Positions 13,415 through 26,100 of a DNA stretch of 64,000 bases are shown one piece after another (within the stretch, counting starts at the first letter, position 1; each line of letters opens with the position of its first letter). The stretch comes from Eledone cirrhosa (taxonomy: Eukaryota). Below the pieces are notes generated by a model. It was given only the letters and a program-made list of their open reading frames with translations. It was not told where the DNA came from and made no database searches. A program made the position numbers and the translations under genes. The DNA lies in the NCBI GenBank assembly GCA_964016885.1, contig OZ024745.1:20088001-20152000 (forward strand). The letters are read 5' to 3'.

Positions 13415-13665
13415 CATAGGAAGTAGTGGAGCTGTTGGATTTACAATCATAATGTTGTTGATTCCTGGACTGAGTTGTGTGTTGTGTTCTTGAGCAAAAC
13501 ACTTTATTTCAGGTTGCTCCAGTATACTCAGCTCAGAGTACCAGCAATGGTGGGGGCTTAAACCTGCGATGGACTGGCGTCCTGTTTTGAATTCTCTCAC
13601 TTCATGTCACGGAAACTGGAATAAGCACTGGCCCGATGAGCCTCTGGAGTCTGACACAGATTTAG
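13415..13665 (+). mobile_element. SINE family B with a MetaSINE-like core
   Basis: AACCTGCGATGGACTGGCGTCCTG..CACTTCATGTCACGGAAACTGGAATAAGCACTGGCCCGATGAGCC resembles the Meta domain as recalled; other copies at 19040-19260 and 40499-40790. Confidence 0.7.
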
Positions 13666-14120
13666 ATCAGAGGAAGTAACATACACAAGTCTGAAAGAAA
13701 TCAGCTATGCTCAGAAAATGGAGAAATTTTGATGTTTTTTGGCATTATGATTTCTGAGTTTTTGAATTTGATCATTATTTTAATTTTTTGTTTGAGTAAG
13801 TTAAAGTAACAGAAATAATTAATCCTGGAAAACTTTTGAATACCTTTAAATACACATGAAATTGGAATATTCATAATTCTTAAATTTACTCTTTTTAAAA
13901 AGATTAATTAAATACATATCCTCTCATGTGAGTAGGAAGGTCCCTATTTCTTCTACTTTGACACTTTTTAACCTACAAGGAGCTTTAGCTTGGTATTACA
14001 GAATCAGGGATGGTTTCAGGCCATTTGGTATCAGAAGTGTTAATCCAAATTTTGTTTTTAAATTCAATTCTCATGTATTTAGAAAATGGTAATGTTCTAA
14101 TTTCCATAAATTTTAATAAT

Positions 14121-14305
14121 TGTTTCTACTTTTGGCACAAGGCCATCAATTATCCCAGTTTATTGCTGGTACTTTATTTTATCGACCCCGTAAGGATAAA
14201 AGGCAAAGTTAACCTCGACGGAATTTAAACTCAGACTGTAAAGGGAAGTAACTATGCTAGAAAGCATGGCGTCCGACCCTCTACCGATACTGCCAATCCA
14301 CCGCT
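14121..14305 (-). mobile_element. tRNA-derived SINE family A, full-length with TSD
   Basis: 21-bp TSD ATTTCCATAAATTT(T/A)AATAAT at 14100-14120 and 14306-14326; reverse complement of the 34353-34545 copy. Confidence 0.88.
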
Positions 14306-14439
14306 ATTTCCATAAATTTAAATAATGCTCTATCAAAATGAGTTAAAAAAATCATTTTGTAATTATTATCACTGCTATCTTGTTTTTCTTTCCTTATCTG
14401 TCTTTCTGGGCTTTGGGTTTTCAACTTAGCACACACATA

Positions 14440-16706
14440 TCATCATCACCATCATCGTTTAACGTCCATCTTCCACGCTTGCATGGGTTTGGATGGGAGT
14501 TTTCCCACTTGAGGCAAGAGTGGTTGTCTTGCTCGCATAGGACTGTCTGGCGGATTTTCCACGGCTGGATGCCCTTCCTAACACCAACCACGTTTACAGT
14601 GTGGACTGGGAGGTTTTTACCGTGTTACCTACACGGCCACATTACAGCGTGGACTGTGTGTTTTTTTTTTGTTGTGACACCTACACGACCTCATTTGTTT
14701 TGGACTGGATGTTGTGGTACCAACATAGCTTTACATTGAAAGGGATGGGGTGGGGGTAGTGGGACGGGGGTGTATTTTTGTTAGAGGTGCCTACTGACTG
14801 TAGGTTTCGCTTTGTACTTAGGTAAGGCAGGTCTTCTGTATTACTGTGTAGCGCCAAAGATCTCGGTCCAGTGACATTGTCTTGGAGAGGTGTAAGTGTG
14901 TGAGGTCGGAATTTATCAGGTCGTCCCAGGTTTTCCTGGGTCTGCCTACTCCGTGGCTACCGTCTATTTTTATTGCCCTGCACTTTTTTATACAGCTGTC
15001 GTCTTTCATGTGCATCACGTGACCGTACCAATGTAGTCTTCTCTCGAGTAAACAACATCAGATCCCTCTTATTTCTAATTTTTCCCTTAGTTCGTTTATG
15101 CTTTGCCATTCACGTATATTACTATTACACATCCAGCGGAGCATGCAAGCTTCGTTCCTCTCCAGTCTGCGTATATCCTCTGCACACAATGCCCAGGTCT
15201 CACTGCCATGTAACATTGCTGTTCGTATGCAGGCATCATACAGCCTGCCTTTCATTTTTAGAGAGAACCCTTTTAGCGGCTAATAGTGGTATAAGCTCTC
15301 GGAACTTTTTCCATCCAGTTCTGACTCTAGCTACTGTACTTTCAGAGCACCCTCCACCACTGCTGATTTTGTCACCCAAGTAACAGAAGGTGTCCATTAT
15401 TTCTATAGAACCATCTGTGCAATGGAATGAGCTAATATTCAGTGGGCACTTGCTGCTACTTATTGCACCAGAGCACTGGCCATATATAAAATCTATATTC
15501 TTAGTTAGCTTACCTGTGATCCTACTACATCTTTTATGCACCCATTTGGGACATAAAATGGAGTTTCTGGCTACTCCTTTCCTACACACTGAGCATGGCC
15601 ATTTCCCGGATGGGACCGGTGCCCTATTTTCCTTCCTACAAACTAGAACTTTAGTCTTAGACAGGTTAATTTTAAGGCCTTTTGATTCTAGGCCATGCTT
15701 CCATGTTTGGAATTTCTTCTCTAGTTCAGCCATTGATTCAGCTATGAGCGTTAGATCATCTGCGTATAGGAGTTCCCATGGGCAGCCGGTCTTGAACGCC
15801 ACTGTTATAGTCTGAAGGGCAATAATAAATAGTAGGGGGCTAAGAACAGAGCCCTGATGAACACCAACTTTTACGCTAAACTCTTCACTATATTCGTTGT
15901 TAATTCTAACCTTGCTGACTGTTTCTTTATACATGGCTTGTATAGCTCTCACAAGCCATTCATCAACACCTAGTTTTCTAAGAGCCCACCAGATAATGGA
16001 ACGGGGGACTCTGTCAAAGGCTTTCTCCAAGTCGACAAAAGCTAAGTATAGGGGTTTACTTTTAGCTAGGTACTTCTCCTGTAGTTGTCGTACAATGAAA
16101 AGAGCGTCTGTGGTACTTTTACCTGACACAAACCCAAACTGCATTTCAACTAGATCAATTCGCTCTCTGATTAGTTGCGCTATTACTTTTTCTGTGACCT
16201 TCATGACCTGGTCAATTAATTTAATGCCTCTATAGTTACCCCTATCTAGGGCATCTCCTTTACCCTTGTAGCAGTTAATGATGATGCTGCTACCCCAGTC
16301 CTTCGGAACGACCCCATTCTGTATGACTTGGTTTACTATCCGGGTGACCATAGTGTGTCCCACCGTTCCAGAAGCTTTCAGCATTTCAGCAACTATTTCC
16401 GAAGGCCCAGCCGCCTTACCCATCTTCATATCTTTGATTGCCTTACTTATTATACTACCTTCGACTAACACTGCTGGTCCCTCTATTGGATCGATGTGGG
16501 GGAGACTGTCTTTCTCCCATTTATTCTCCTCATTTAGTAGCCTTTCGTAGTGACACTTCCAAGCTACCTTCTTATCAGCGTCAGTGATGACAAGTACACC
16601 ATCATCATTAAGGACACACTTCTCCCCGACAATATCACGGTTTTCCTTGACACATTGCCTAGCAATCCTGAACACCTCACGTTTTTGGTCCTCGCGTTGT
16701 AGAACA
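14440..16706 (-). mobile_element. 5'-truncated RTE LINE, family 2 (RT ORF 15236-16675, frameshifted C-terminus, 3' UTR)
   Basis: YKGKGDALDRGNYRGIKL, QFGF, FVDLEKAFD, GVHQGSVLSP, YADD, zinc-finger-like CSVC..HKRC; tail GGACGTTAAACGATG(ATG)n. Confidence 0.93.
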
Positions 16707-16751
16707 TATATATAAATATATACATTTCATCACGATTGTGACCACATTTAA

Positions 16752-16968
16752 CCCTTTTGGCACCAGCCTGGCTTAAACAGGCTCTGGTTCTATGAAATAA
16801 AGCCATCAATTTTAAAGGTTTCCAATTTAAATTAAAATCTTCCAACATAATGTTTTATAAGTATCTTACATTAAGTTACTATCTTAGTAATGAAATAAAT
16901 AATAATTTTAGTAAATCCCTCAAAATTCTTCATTGATTAATTGAAATAGGGTGTATTTCATAAAAGAG
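16752..16968. mobile_element. piggyBac-like MITE
   Basis: TTAA|CCCTTTT ... AAAAGAG|TTAA; internal match to 41001-41178. Confidence 0.65.
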
Positions 16969-17472
16969 TTAAAGACTATTTATTTGGAGTCGAGAAAGTA
17001 ATCACAAATTCTAACAGTCAGTTTCAGTTAGCAATGAGTTGTAGACATTTCAACTAGAATAAGCTTATTCGTCCCACCCTTGCAAGCAGGGAAAAGCGGA
17101 CATAAAATGATGATGATGATATACAAACAGTGAGGAGGAAATCTCAACTAATTATCCAAAACAAGCACACACAGATCCATACAGGTACCACAAATACTTG
17201 CACTTAATTTTTATGCATAAATATTGCATATACTTTATATCTGAGAAATGGGCAAAAATCCAAACCTTATTTATGTAGAATTTGAAGTTGGTGAAAAATA
17301 ATCAAAATATTGACTTCTACCATAAATTATTATTATTGTTTTCTGTCATATATTCCTCGGTTTATATTCGAGTATAATTTGATGAAATCAATTAGTATAA
17401 ATTTTTGACACCGAATATTACCTGAATGGTAAAAAGTAGCAAGTGAAAATAGGATGTGAGTTCACCTCCTAT

Positions 17473-17476
<4 letters not shown>

Positions 17477-17525
<49 letters not shown>
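17477..17525. repeat. (CT)n microsatellite
   Basis: Direct reading. Confidence 0.95.
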
Positions 17526-17528
<3 letters not shown>

Positions 17529-17819
17529 GCTATTTAAAATACTTATGAGTTAGTCCATTAAATTTTGTGATTAACAAAATCCATGCCTGTTTATCTGAAC
17601 CAAATGATAACATCTTATATTGTTACAGCTTTGTTTAGATTATGTACTCTACATGTTTCAGTCCTTCATTGAACTGTGGTCTCCTTTATTTTATGATTGG
17701 GAATTACATAGAATGTGTGTGTGTGTGCACACACACATATGTATGTATGTATATGTATGTATATTAATGTATGTGTGTGTGGATTTATACACAGATAATT
17801 ATATAAAATGTATGTATAA

Positions 17820-18237
17820 TAATAATAAATTGTTGTGTACAGTGCTCAGGTGCACTACAACTCATCAAAGGTACATGTATAGTATATAGAATAATGTAAA
17901 AATGACAGGAAAGTGAACAGTGTATGAGCCATGATATACATGTGTGTGTATGGAGGGGGTATATATTAAGAAGCATGGATGTGGGTGTTTACCAAGTCAG
18001 TTGCCAGATGTTGGAGCTTCAATGAATCCATGCTCAAGGAAGCAAGGCATTCAGAGTATGGTAGATGCCTGATGGAGGGAATTCGCTTGGTTGCACATCT
18101 CTTAAGTTTCCAGGAAGTCAATGTTCTGAGCAAGATAGGGGTTCAAGATTGGTGATGCAAATTCTAAATGTGGTCGCTCCGTAGCTAGATACAGCTTGAA
18201 ATAGATAGCTGGAGAGCAGCTGACAAAGGTGTTGCTA
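17820..18237 (-). mobile_element. CR1/L2-type LINE 3' fragment
   Basis: Reverse complement of the GTGCACCTGAGCACTGTACACAA tail, plus degraded ORF2 sequence (..RPHLEFASPILNP..). Confidence 0.65.
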
Positions 18238-19039
18238 TATATATATCTTACTCTCATTCCATTTTTAAGCCTATATATATATAGTAAAAAGGAAAAAAAT
18301 ACAGTAGAAAATGCTGGAGGGATTTTTTCAGTGTAATATCAAAACATTTATTTATAAAGTAGGGATTTCAATGATGGAAGTGTATAGTGCAGTTAAATTG
18401 TATATTTGTACGAATAATAATAAAACGGAGAAAAACTTTTTTAGTTTTTACATACATATTTAGAGAGGAAAGTTCATATTTTTGTCCGAAGTTTTCTCTC
18501 GTTCTCTGTTAGTGTTGACCAACAGAGGTGGTAGTAGTTTAAATTGTTGGCTTCGACTGTTGGCTTAACGCATATATAGTGTGTGTGTATATGTATATAT
18601 TAAATATTACTAAGTTGCATGCAATGCAAAGGTTCTTGTTGATAAAGGATAATGATTGAAATAACAATTGTCACAGTTTCTTGTAGATTGGATTTCTGAT
18701 TAATGGAGATGGTGATGATGATGGAGATGATGAATGTTAAAAAAGAACACAACTTTAATGTTGAGTTAATGAAGTGATCTGACAAAAGTATTGGATACCT
18801 AATAAAGAATCAGGCATTTTGTAAGATTAAATCCAGCTGTGCTTCATTGATTGGACGGCCATTAATTTCTCTGTTACTAGATTCTTCTTCACCCATTGTT
18901 ATATTATCTCTAACAGATCAGAATTTATATTTTGATTGCAGTTTTCTATCTCTAGGACTTCATTTTTTGGTCTCCTGAAAGTCAGCCTCCTTACATATAC
19001 AAGATCGAAAGTAAACCCTCTTTCTACTCCAAAGGCAAG

Positions 19040-19260
19040 GCACATGACATAGTTGCAAAGGGTGTTGTGGGTTCTATTCCTGATTGTGTTATATGTTGTG
19101 TCCTTGAACAAAACACTCAGCTGAAAATGAGTACCAGTGGTAGCTGGGGGTCTAACCTTGTGATGAACTGGCATCCTACCCAGTGGGAAGAGTCTTAACG
19201 CCATGGAAACCATGATAAGCACTGGCCTGATTAGCCCCTGGCCTTGAGACAGACTTTAAA
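19040..19260 (+). mobile_element. SINE family B (MetaSINE-like)
   Basis: CAGCTGAAAATGAGTACC..AACCTTGTGATGAACTGGCATCC..GATAAGCACTGGCCTGA. Confidence 0.65.
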
Positions 19261-20764
19261 CTACCCCAAAGAATAATAGATGTTTGTCATTTTGCATTCA
19301 TGGTTTCATAACTCCTGAGAGAATTGTAGGGGTGCTGTATTTATATACTGCGTTTCTAGGGCATTTTAAACCCTGGCACCACCCATCTCCTCCTCGGGTC
19401 TGAATACAGTAAATTTTTTCCACAGAAGGATAGAGAGAATGAAAAGAATGGAAGTGACAAAGAAATATAGAGGAAAAATTGACCCCAGTACTTGACTGGT
19501 ACTTGTTTTTTCAACTTCGAATGGATGAAAGGCAAAGTTGATCTCAGCGTGATTTGAACTCAGAGAGTAGAGAGCTAAAGCATTCTGACAGAGAAAGTGA
19601 CAAATACTTTTATTTGCAGAATATTTTACTTCAATACTAGAATAGAAATATTAGAATATTAGAATGTAGCCCAACTGCAGGAGTGCTATTTAGGGTGCCA
19701 TCTTGGTTAAAGGTGTGCTGGGTAAAAAAGATTCAAAGTAGGATTGACTTTAGTTATGAGAAGGATAATGTGAGGTGAAATTTCTACCTGGGGGCAGTTT
19801 TCAGTTGGGGAACTTATTTCCTTTTGTATCCTTTGAGAACCAATAGCACCACATACAAGAATGTCAGTTGGGATCTGCCATGATAAATATTTATAATCCC
19901 TTGTCTGGAAGCCTGGTCCAAGTGATTGTAACAGAATGTAATCAGTTCAAGTCATCCAAAGTCCAGGAGATGGTATGGGTGGCATAATTGAACTCTTTGT
20001 TTTGATTCTTCCCCTTTTTTTACTTTTTTCTTTGTCTTTCATCGTTGCTCCTTCATTTAACACAAACTTATTTGATTTGTAATTCTAAACTAAAGAAGAA
20101 AAAAATGATTAAAATATCAGGAATATGTAGGTAATTAAGTGAGATAAATGTGCCTGGGTGAAAGTATTAGTAGTTTAGAAATGGCTCCATGTAAAACAGA
20201 GAGAGAGAGTGAGACACAGAAATTTGGTATATCTATTCTACTAATGTTACCCTCTAATGAATGGATGTGAAAATTAGCACACATCACTCATGTTGTTTTG
20301 TTGTATCATCATCACCACCACCATCACTACCATCATTATAATCACCTTCACCACCATCATTATCATCACCATCACCACCACCATCCTGATGTTGGTTATA
20401 TTGTGCTTACACATAGAACCGTCTCATTATTACCAACAGAGTTGTGTTTGCTATTTTCAGACATTCTGATATATTCTCTTGTATTAATATATCATAGCTC
20501 TTGTAATTGGAACCATTACAGTTATTTATTTTTAGCTCTGGTTTCTACTCTACATAGTGATGTGCTGCATAAATTGATGTTATTTAGTACTGCTCTTTAA
20601 CTCCCTCAACCGTTTTCTGTTTGTTTTTATTTATTCTTTATATAAATTCCTTTTTGATGAAAGCAAATCATGAGGGGAAATTTGTTGTCATAGTTGTTGT
20701 TATTGCAAAAATTGACTGACAACTGCAGTAAAATGGTTATCCGTTTCTTCATTAGTAGATAATG

Positions 20765-21052
20765 TTTTGGTCCTTGTTGAGGGCAATATCTGTTTTGGTT
20801 CTTGTTGAGGGCAATATCAACTTTAATTCTTGTTGAAGGAAATATCAGCTTTGATTGCAGTTGAGGGCAATATTGGCTTTGATTGTTTGTTGTTGAGGGG
20901 AATATCCGTTTTGGTTCTTGTTGAGGGCAATATCAACTTTGATTGTTGTTGAGGGAAATACCAGCTTTGATTGATTGTTGTTGAAGGAAATATCAGGTTT
21001 AGTTCTTGTTGAGGGCAATATCGGCTTTGGTTCTTGTTGAGGGTAATATTGG
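20765..21052. repeat. Degenerate tandem repeat of about 27-32 bp (TTGTTGAGGGCAATATC core), about 10 copies
   Basis: Core motif recurs at short intervals. Confidence 0.85.
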
Positions 21053-21498
21053 TCTCACAAGATCTACAACAATACCCATCAGTACTGGTACCAGATAAAA
21101 TGCACTTACTACACTCTATGAAGTAGTAATACTGTGCCATGATAATATGTACCCAGTATATTCTGTAAAGTGGTAGTGCTGTTGCCACAATAAAATGCAC
21201 CCAGTGCACACTGCAAAGTTGTTAGTGTTAGGAAAAGCATCCAGCTGTAGAAAAAACATCCCAAAATGGAATATATGAGGAAAACATAGTTCTCGAATCT
21301 GTCTCATCTTTGGCTATGGCCACCCATCCAATCTAGGCAACCATGGAAAAGAAAGGTATAATGATGATGATGATACACAATATGGTTGTTTTGTGTTCAT
21401 TTTAGTAACTTTGATATGCTTTAGATAAAAACCTACAAAAACTGACTTTCCAAGGGTCTTCTTCTTCCGTCTAGTTTTCTCCTAACTTCTTTACTATA

Positions 21499-21696
21499 TG
21501 AGGATCAGATGAAAAGTTCATAGGCTGACTAAGATACTCTCATGAAATGATCAAATAATGTTTATGTTTCAACATAGTCCCTGGAAAGAAACAATGCAGT
21601 TATTAACAAGAAGAGTTGAAATTAATGCATGCAAGTTTTCACAGCTCTAGCATCAATCCTTCATAGTTGGCTAATGAACTTTTCATCTGACCCTTG
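21499..21696. mobile_element. Mariner-like MITE, 198 bp
   Basis: TA-flanked TIRs TGAGGATCAGATGAAAAGTTCAT / ATGAACTTTTCATCTGACCCTTG. Confidence 0.8.
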
Positions 21697-22773
21697 TATT
21701 TCAAATTTTCTTTTGTGAACTGTTTCCTCTCCTCTGATGTTTCTTCAGGCATGAACTGTTTATAATTGTTGTTGCAATTAACCCTACACAATTATTATAG
21801 TTTGTTATGAGGTTGAATGTATTGCACTGTAATTGTGTTCTTATTTCCATTTCTTGTCAATTAGCAGAAATACTTAGCTTGTAAACTCTTTTGATACAAA
21901 ACTGTCTCTAGTTCACCCCCATTGGATGCCCTTCCTGACACCAACCCTTTTAGTTGCTCCTTACAAAACATGGGGTTAGGATGTACCTATTCTAAACTGG
22001 ATATATACAGAGTACTGTCCTAATATACAAAAACTGTTCATTTTAATGTATTTATATTTATCTAAATACCATCCATCACAATTATATATAAAAATCCTGT
22101 TATATTCCAAGCACCAGGTTAAAAAGAAGAAAATTACATGACTAAATCTTTCCAAATTCTTCAACTATAGACAGTGTCTTTTATTAGAAATATTACAATG
22201 AAAGGGTTAAGCTCTGTGATTGATTTCCCTTTGTGGCATCATACTGCCATACAATAGAATACAATGGCTACATCCTTGTACTTTAAGCATATTTAATACA
22301 TTAAGGACGTATTAAAAATAAATAGATACAATTTAAATCAATGTTATTCAAAATCTCTTTTAAATAATTACTTAAAAGAAAATACTCTTTCAAATCCTAC
22401 AAAAATAATGTAGCAAAAATTAATGTAACATGTATTAAAAATATCTGTATATCATAAATACATCTAAGTAAAAAACCCCCAGAAAGAATACCAAATACAG
22501 AAGAATTTGGTTGAAAAGAGAATAAATGTATTAATGAGAAGATTAAATTCATTTATCATAAAAATAATATTTGGTACATTAGAAATATGCTTTTTTTTTT
22601 TTGTTTTGAAACATTTAAAACAGAAAATTGTTATTGATGTTGTAAAACTAATGTTGTATTTTAAGTAGCTCATACTGCTGATCATAGCTTGAAAAATAGA
22701 TTTTTATATTAAGCGTTGATTCTAAGAGCATCTATGTATCTTTATAAAATAAACAATTCTGTATTAGATAAAT

Positions 22774-22945
22774 CTACCACTGCTACAATGGTCCTCTATG
22801 ATTTAGAGCTGGCTGGTCTCATGTCATGCTATCTTTAGTCAGGCATTCCCAAACAATTCTACTACTGCTGGCATGGCCCTCTACACTTTAGAGCTGGCTG
22901 GTCTCATGTTATGCTACCTTCAGTCAGGCATTCCCAAAATCATTT
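22774..22945. repeat. Local tandem duplication of about 85 bp
   Basis: TTTAGAGCTGGCTGGTCTCATGT..AGTCAGGCATTCCCAAA occurs twice. Confidence 0.85.
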
Positions 22946-23120
22946 ATCTCTCCGCCTTTCATCATTGAATGTTGCCCATCCCCTCCCCACCCTTACTTTA
23001 ACCACTACATCCAATTTTTCTTGCATAGAATGTCAGTTCTCTAGAGAGTTCTCACTTCCTCTCTATTTACTCATGTCTTTTCAAAAGGAGTTGACTTTGG
23101 TAACAGTTTAAGCAGAACAT

Positions 23121-26100
23121 CAATAGCATGAATCTCCCCAGGCATGCATGGCATATGGAGGACATGGGCACTACCCCAATAGCATGAATCTCCCCAGGCA
23201 TGCATGGCATATGGAGGACATGGGCACTACCCCAATAGCATGAATCTCCCCAGGCATGCATGGCATATGGAGGACATGGGCACTACCCAATAGCATCAAT
23301 CTCCCCAGGCATGCATGGCATATGGAGGACATGGGCACTACCCCAATAGCATGAATCTCCCCAGGCATGCATGGCATATGGAGGACATGGGCACTACCCC
23401 AATAGCATGAATCTCCCCAGGCATGCATGGCATATGGAGGACATGGGCACTACCCCAATAGCATGAATCTCCCCAGGCATGCATGGCATATGGAGGACAT
23501 GGGCACTACCCAATAGCATCAATCTCCCCAGGCATGCATGGCCCATGGAGGACATGGGCACTACCCCAATAGCATGAATCTCCCCAGGCATGCATGGCAT
23601 ATGGAGGACATGGGCACTACCCCAATAGCATGAATCTCCCCAGGCATGCATGGCATATGGAGGACATGGGCACTACCCCAATAGCATGAATCTCCCCAGG
23701 CATGCATGGCATATGGAGGACATGGGCACTACCCCAATAGCATCAATCTCCCCAGGCATGCATGGCATATGGAGGACATGGGCACTACCCAATAGCATCA
23801 ATCTCCCCAGGCATGCATGGCCCATGGAGGACATGGGCACTACCCCAATAGCATGAATCTCCCCAGGCATGCATGGCATATGGAGGACATGGGCACTACC
23901 CCAATAGCATGAATCTCCCCAGGCATGCATGGCATATGGAGGACATGGGCACTACCCCAATAGCATCAATCTCCCCAGGCATGCATGGCATATGGAGGAC
24001 ATGGGCACTACCCCAATAGCATCAATCTCCCCAGGCATGCATGGCATATGGAGGACATGGGCACTACCCCAATAGCATGAATCTCCCCAGGCATGCATGG
24101 CATATGGAGGACATGGGCACTACCCCAATAGCATCAATCTCCCCAGGCATGCATGGCATATGGAGGACATGGGCACTACCCCAATAGCATGAATCTCCCC
24201 AGGCATGCATGGCCCATGGAGGACATGGGCACTACCCCAATAGCATCAATCTCCCCAGGCATGCATGGCATATGGAGGACATGGGCACTACCCCAATAGC
24301 ATGAATCTCCCCAGGCATGCATGGCATATGGAGGACATGGGCACTACCCCAATAGCATGAATCTCCCCAGGCATGCATGGCATATGGAGGACATGGGCAC
24401 TACCCCAATAGCATGAATCTCCCCAGGCATGCATGGCATATGGAGGACATGGGCACTACCCCAATAGCATCAATCTCCCCAGGCATGCATGGCATATGGA
24501 GGACATGGGCACTACCCCAATAGCATGAATCTCCCCAGGCATGCATGGCATATGGAGGACATGGGCACTACCCCAATAGCATGAATCTCCCCAGGCATGC
24601 ATGGCATATGGAGGACATGGGCACTACCCCAATAGCATGAATCTCCCCAGGCATGCATGGCCCATGGAGGACATGGGCACTACCCCAATAGCATCAATCT
24701 CCCCAGGCATGCATGGCATATGGAGGACATGGGCACTACCCCAATAGCATGAATCTCCCCAGGCATGCATGGCATATGGAGGACATGGGCACTACCCCAA
24801 TAGCATGAATCTCCCCAGGCATGCATGGCCCATGGAGGACATGGGCACTACCCCAATAGCATCAATCTCCCCAGGCATGCATGGCCCATGGAGGACATGG
24901 GCACTACCCCAATAGCATGAATCTCCCCAGGCATGCATGGCCCATGGAGGACATGGGCACTACCCCAATAGCATCAATCTCCCCAGGCATGCATGGCATA
25001 TGGAGGACATGGGCACTACCCCAATAGCATGAATCTCCCCAGGCATGCATGGCCCATGGAGGACATGGGCACTACCCCAATAGCATGAATCTCCCCAGGC
25101 ATGCATGGCATATGGAGGACATGGGCACTACCCCAATAGCATGAATCTCCCCAGGCATGCATGGCATATGGAGGACATGGGCACTACCCCAATAGCATGA
25201 ATCTCCCCAGGCATGCATGGCATATGGAGGACATGGGCACTACCCCAATAGCATGAATCTCCCCAGGCATGCATGGCATATGGAGGACATGGGCACTACC
25301 CCAATAGCATGAATCTCCCCAGGCATGCATGGCCCATGGAGGACATGGGCACTACCCCAATAGCATGAATCTCCCCAGGCATGCATGGCATATGGAGGAC
25401 ATGGGCACTACCCCAATAGCATCAATCTCCCCAGGCATGCATGGCATATGGAGGACATGGGCACTACCCCAATAGCATGAATCTCCCCAGGCATGCATGG
25501 CCCATGGAGGACATGGGCACTACCCCAATAGCATGAATCTCCCCAGGCATGCATGGCATATGGAGGACATGGGCACTACCCCAATAGCATCAATCTCCCC
25601 AGGCATGCATGGCATATGGAGGACATGGGCACTACCCCAATAGCATGAATCTCCCCAGGCATGCATGGCATATGGAGGACATGGGCACTACCCCAATAGC
25701 ATCAATCTCCCCAGGCATGCATGGCATATGGAGGACATGGGCACTACCCCAATAGCATGAATCTCCCCAGGCATGCATGGCCCATGGAGGACATGGGCAC
25801 TACCCCAATAGCATGAATCTCCCCAGGCATGCATGGCATATGGAGGACATGGGCACTACCCCAATAGCATGAATCTCCCCAGGCATGCATGGCCCATGGA
25901 GGACATGGGCACTACCCCAATAGCATGAATCTCCCCAGGCATGCATGGCATATGGAGGACATGGGCACTACCCCAATAGCATCAATCTCCCCAGGCATGC
26001 ATGGCATATGGAGGACATGGGCACTACCCCAATAGCATGAATCTCCCCAGGCATGCATGGCCCATGGAGGACATGGGCACTACCCCAATAGCATGAATCT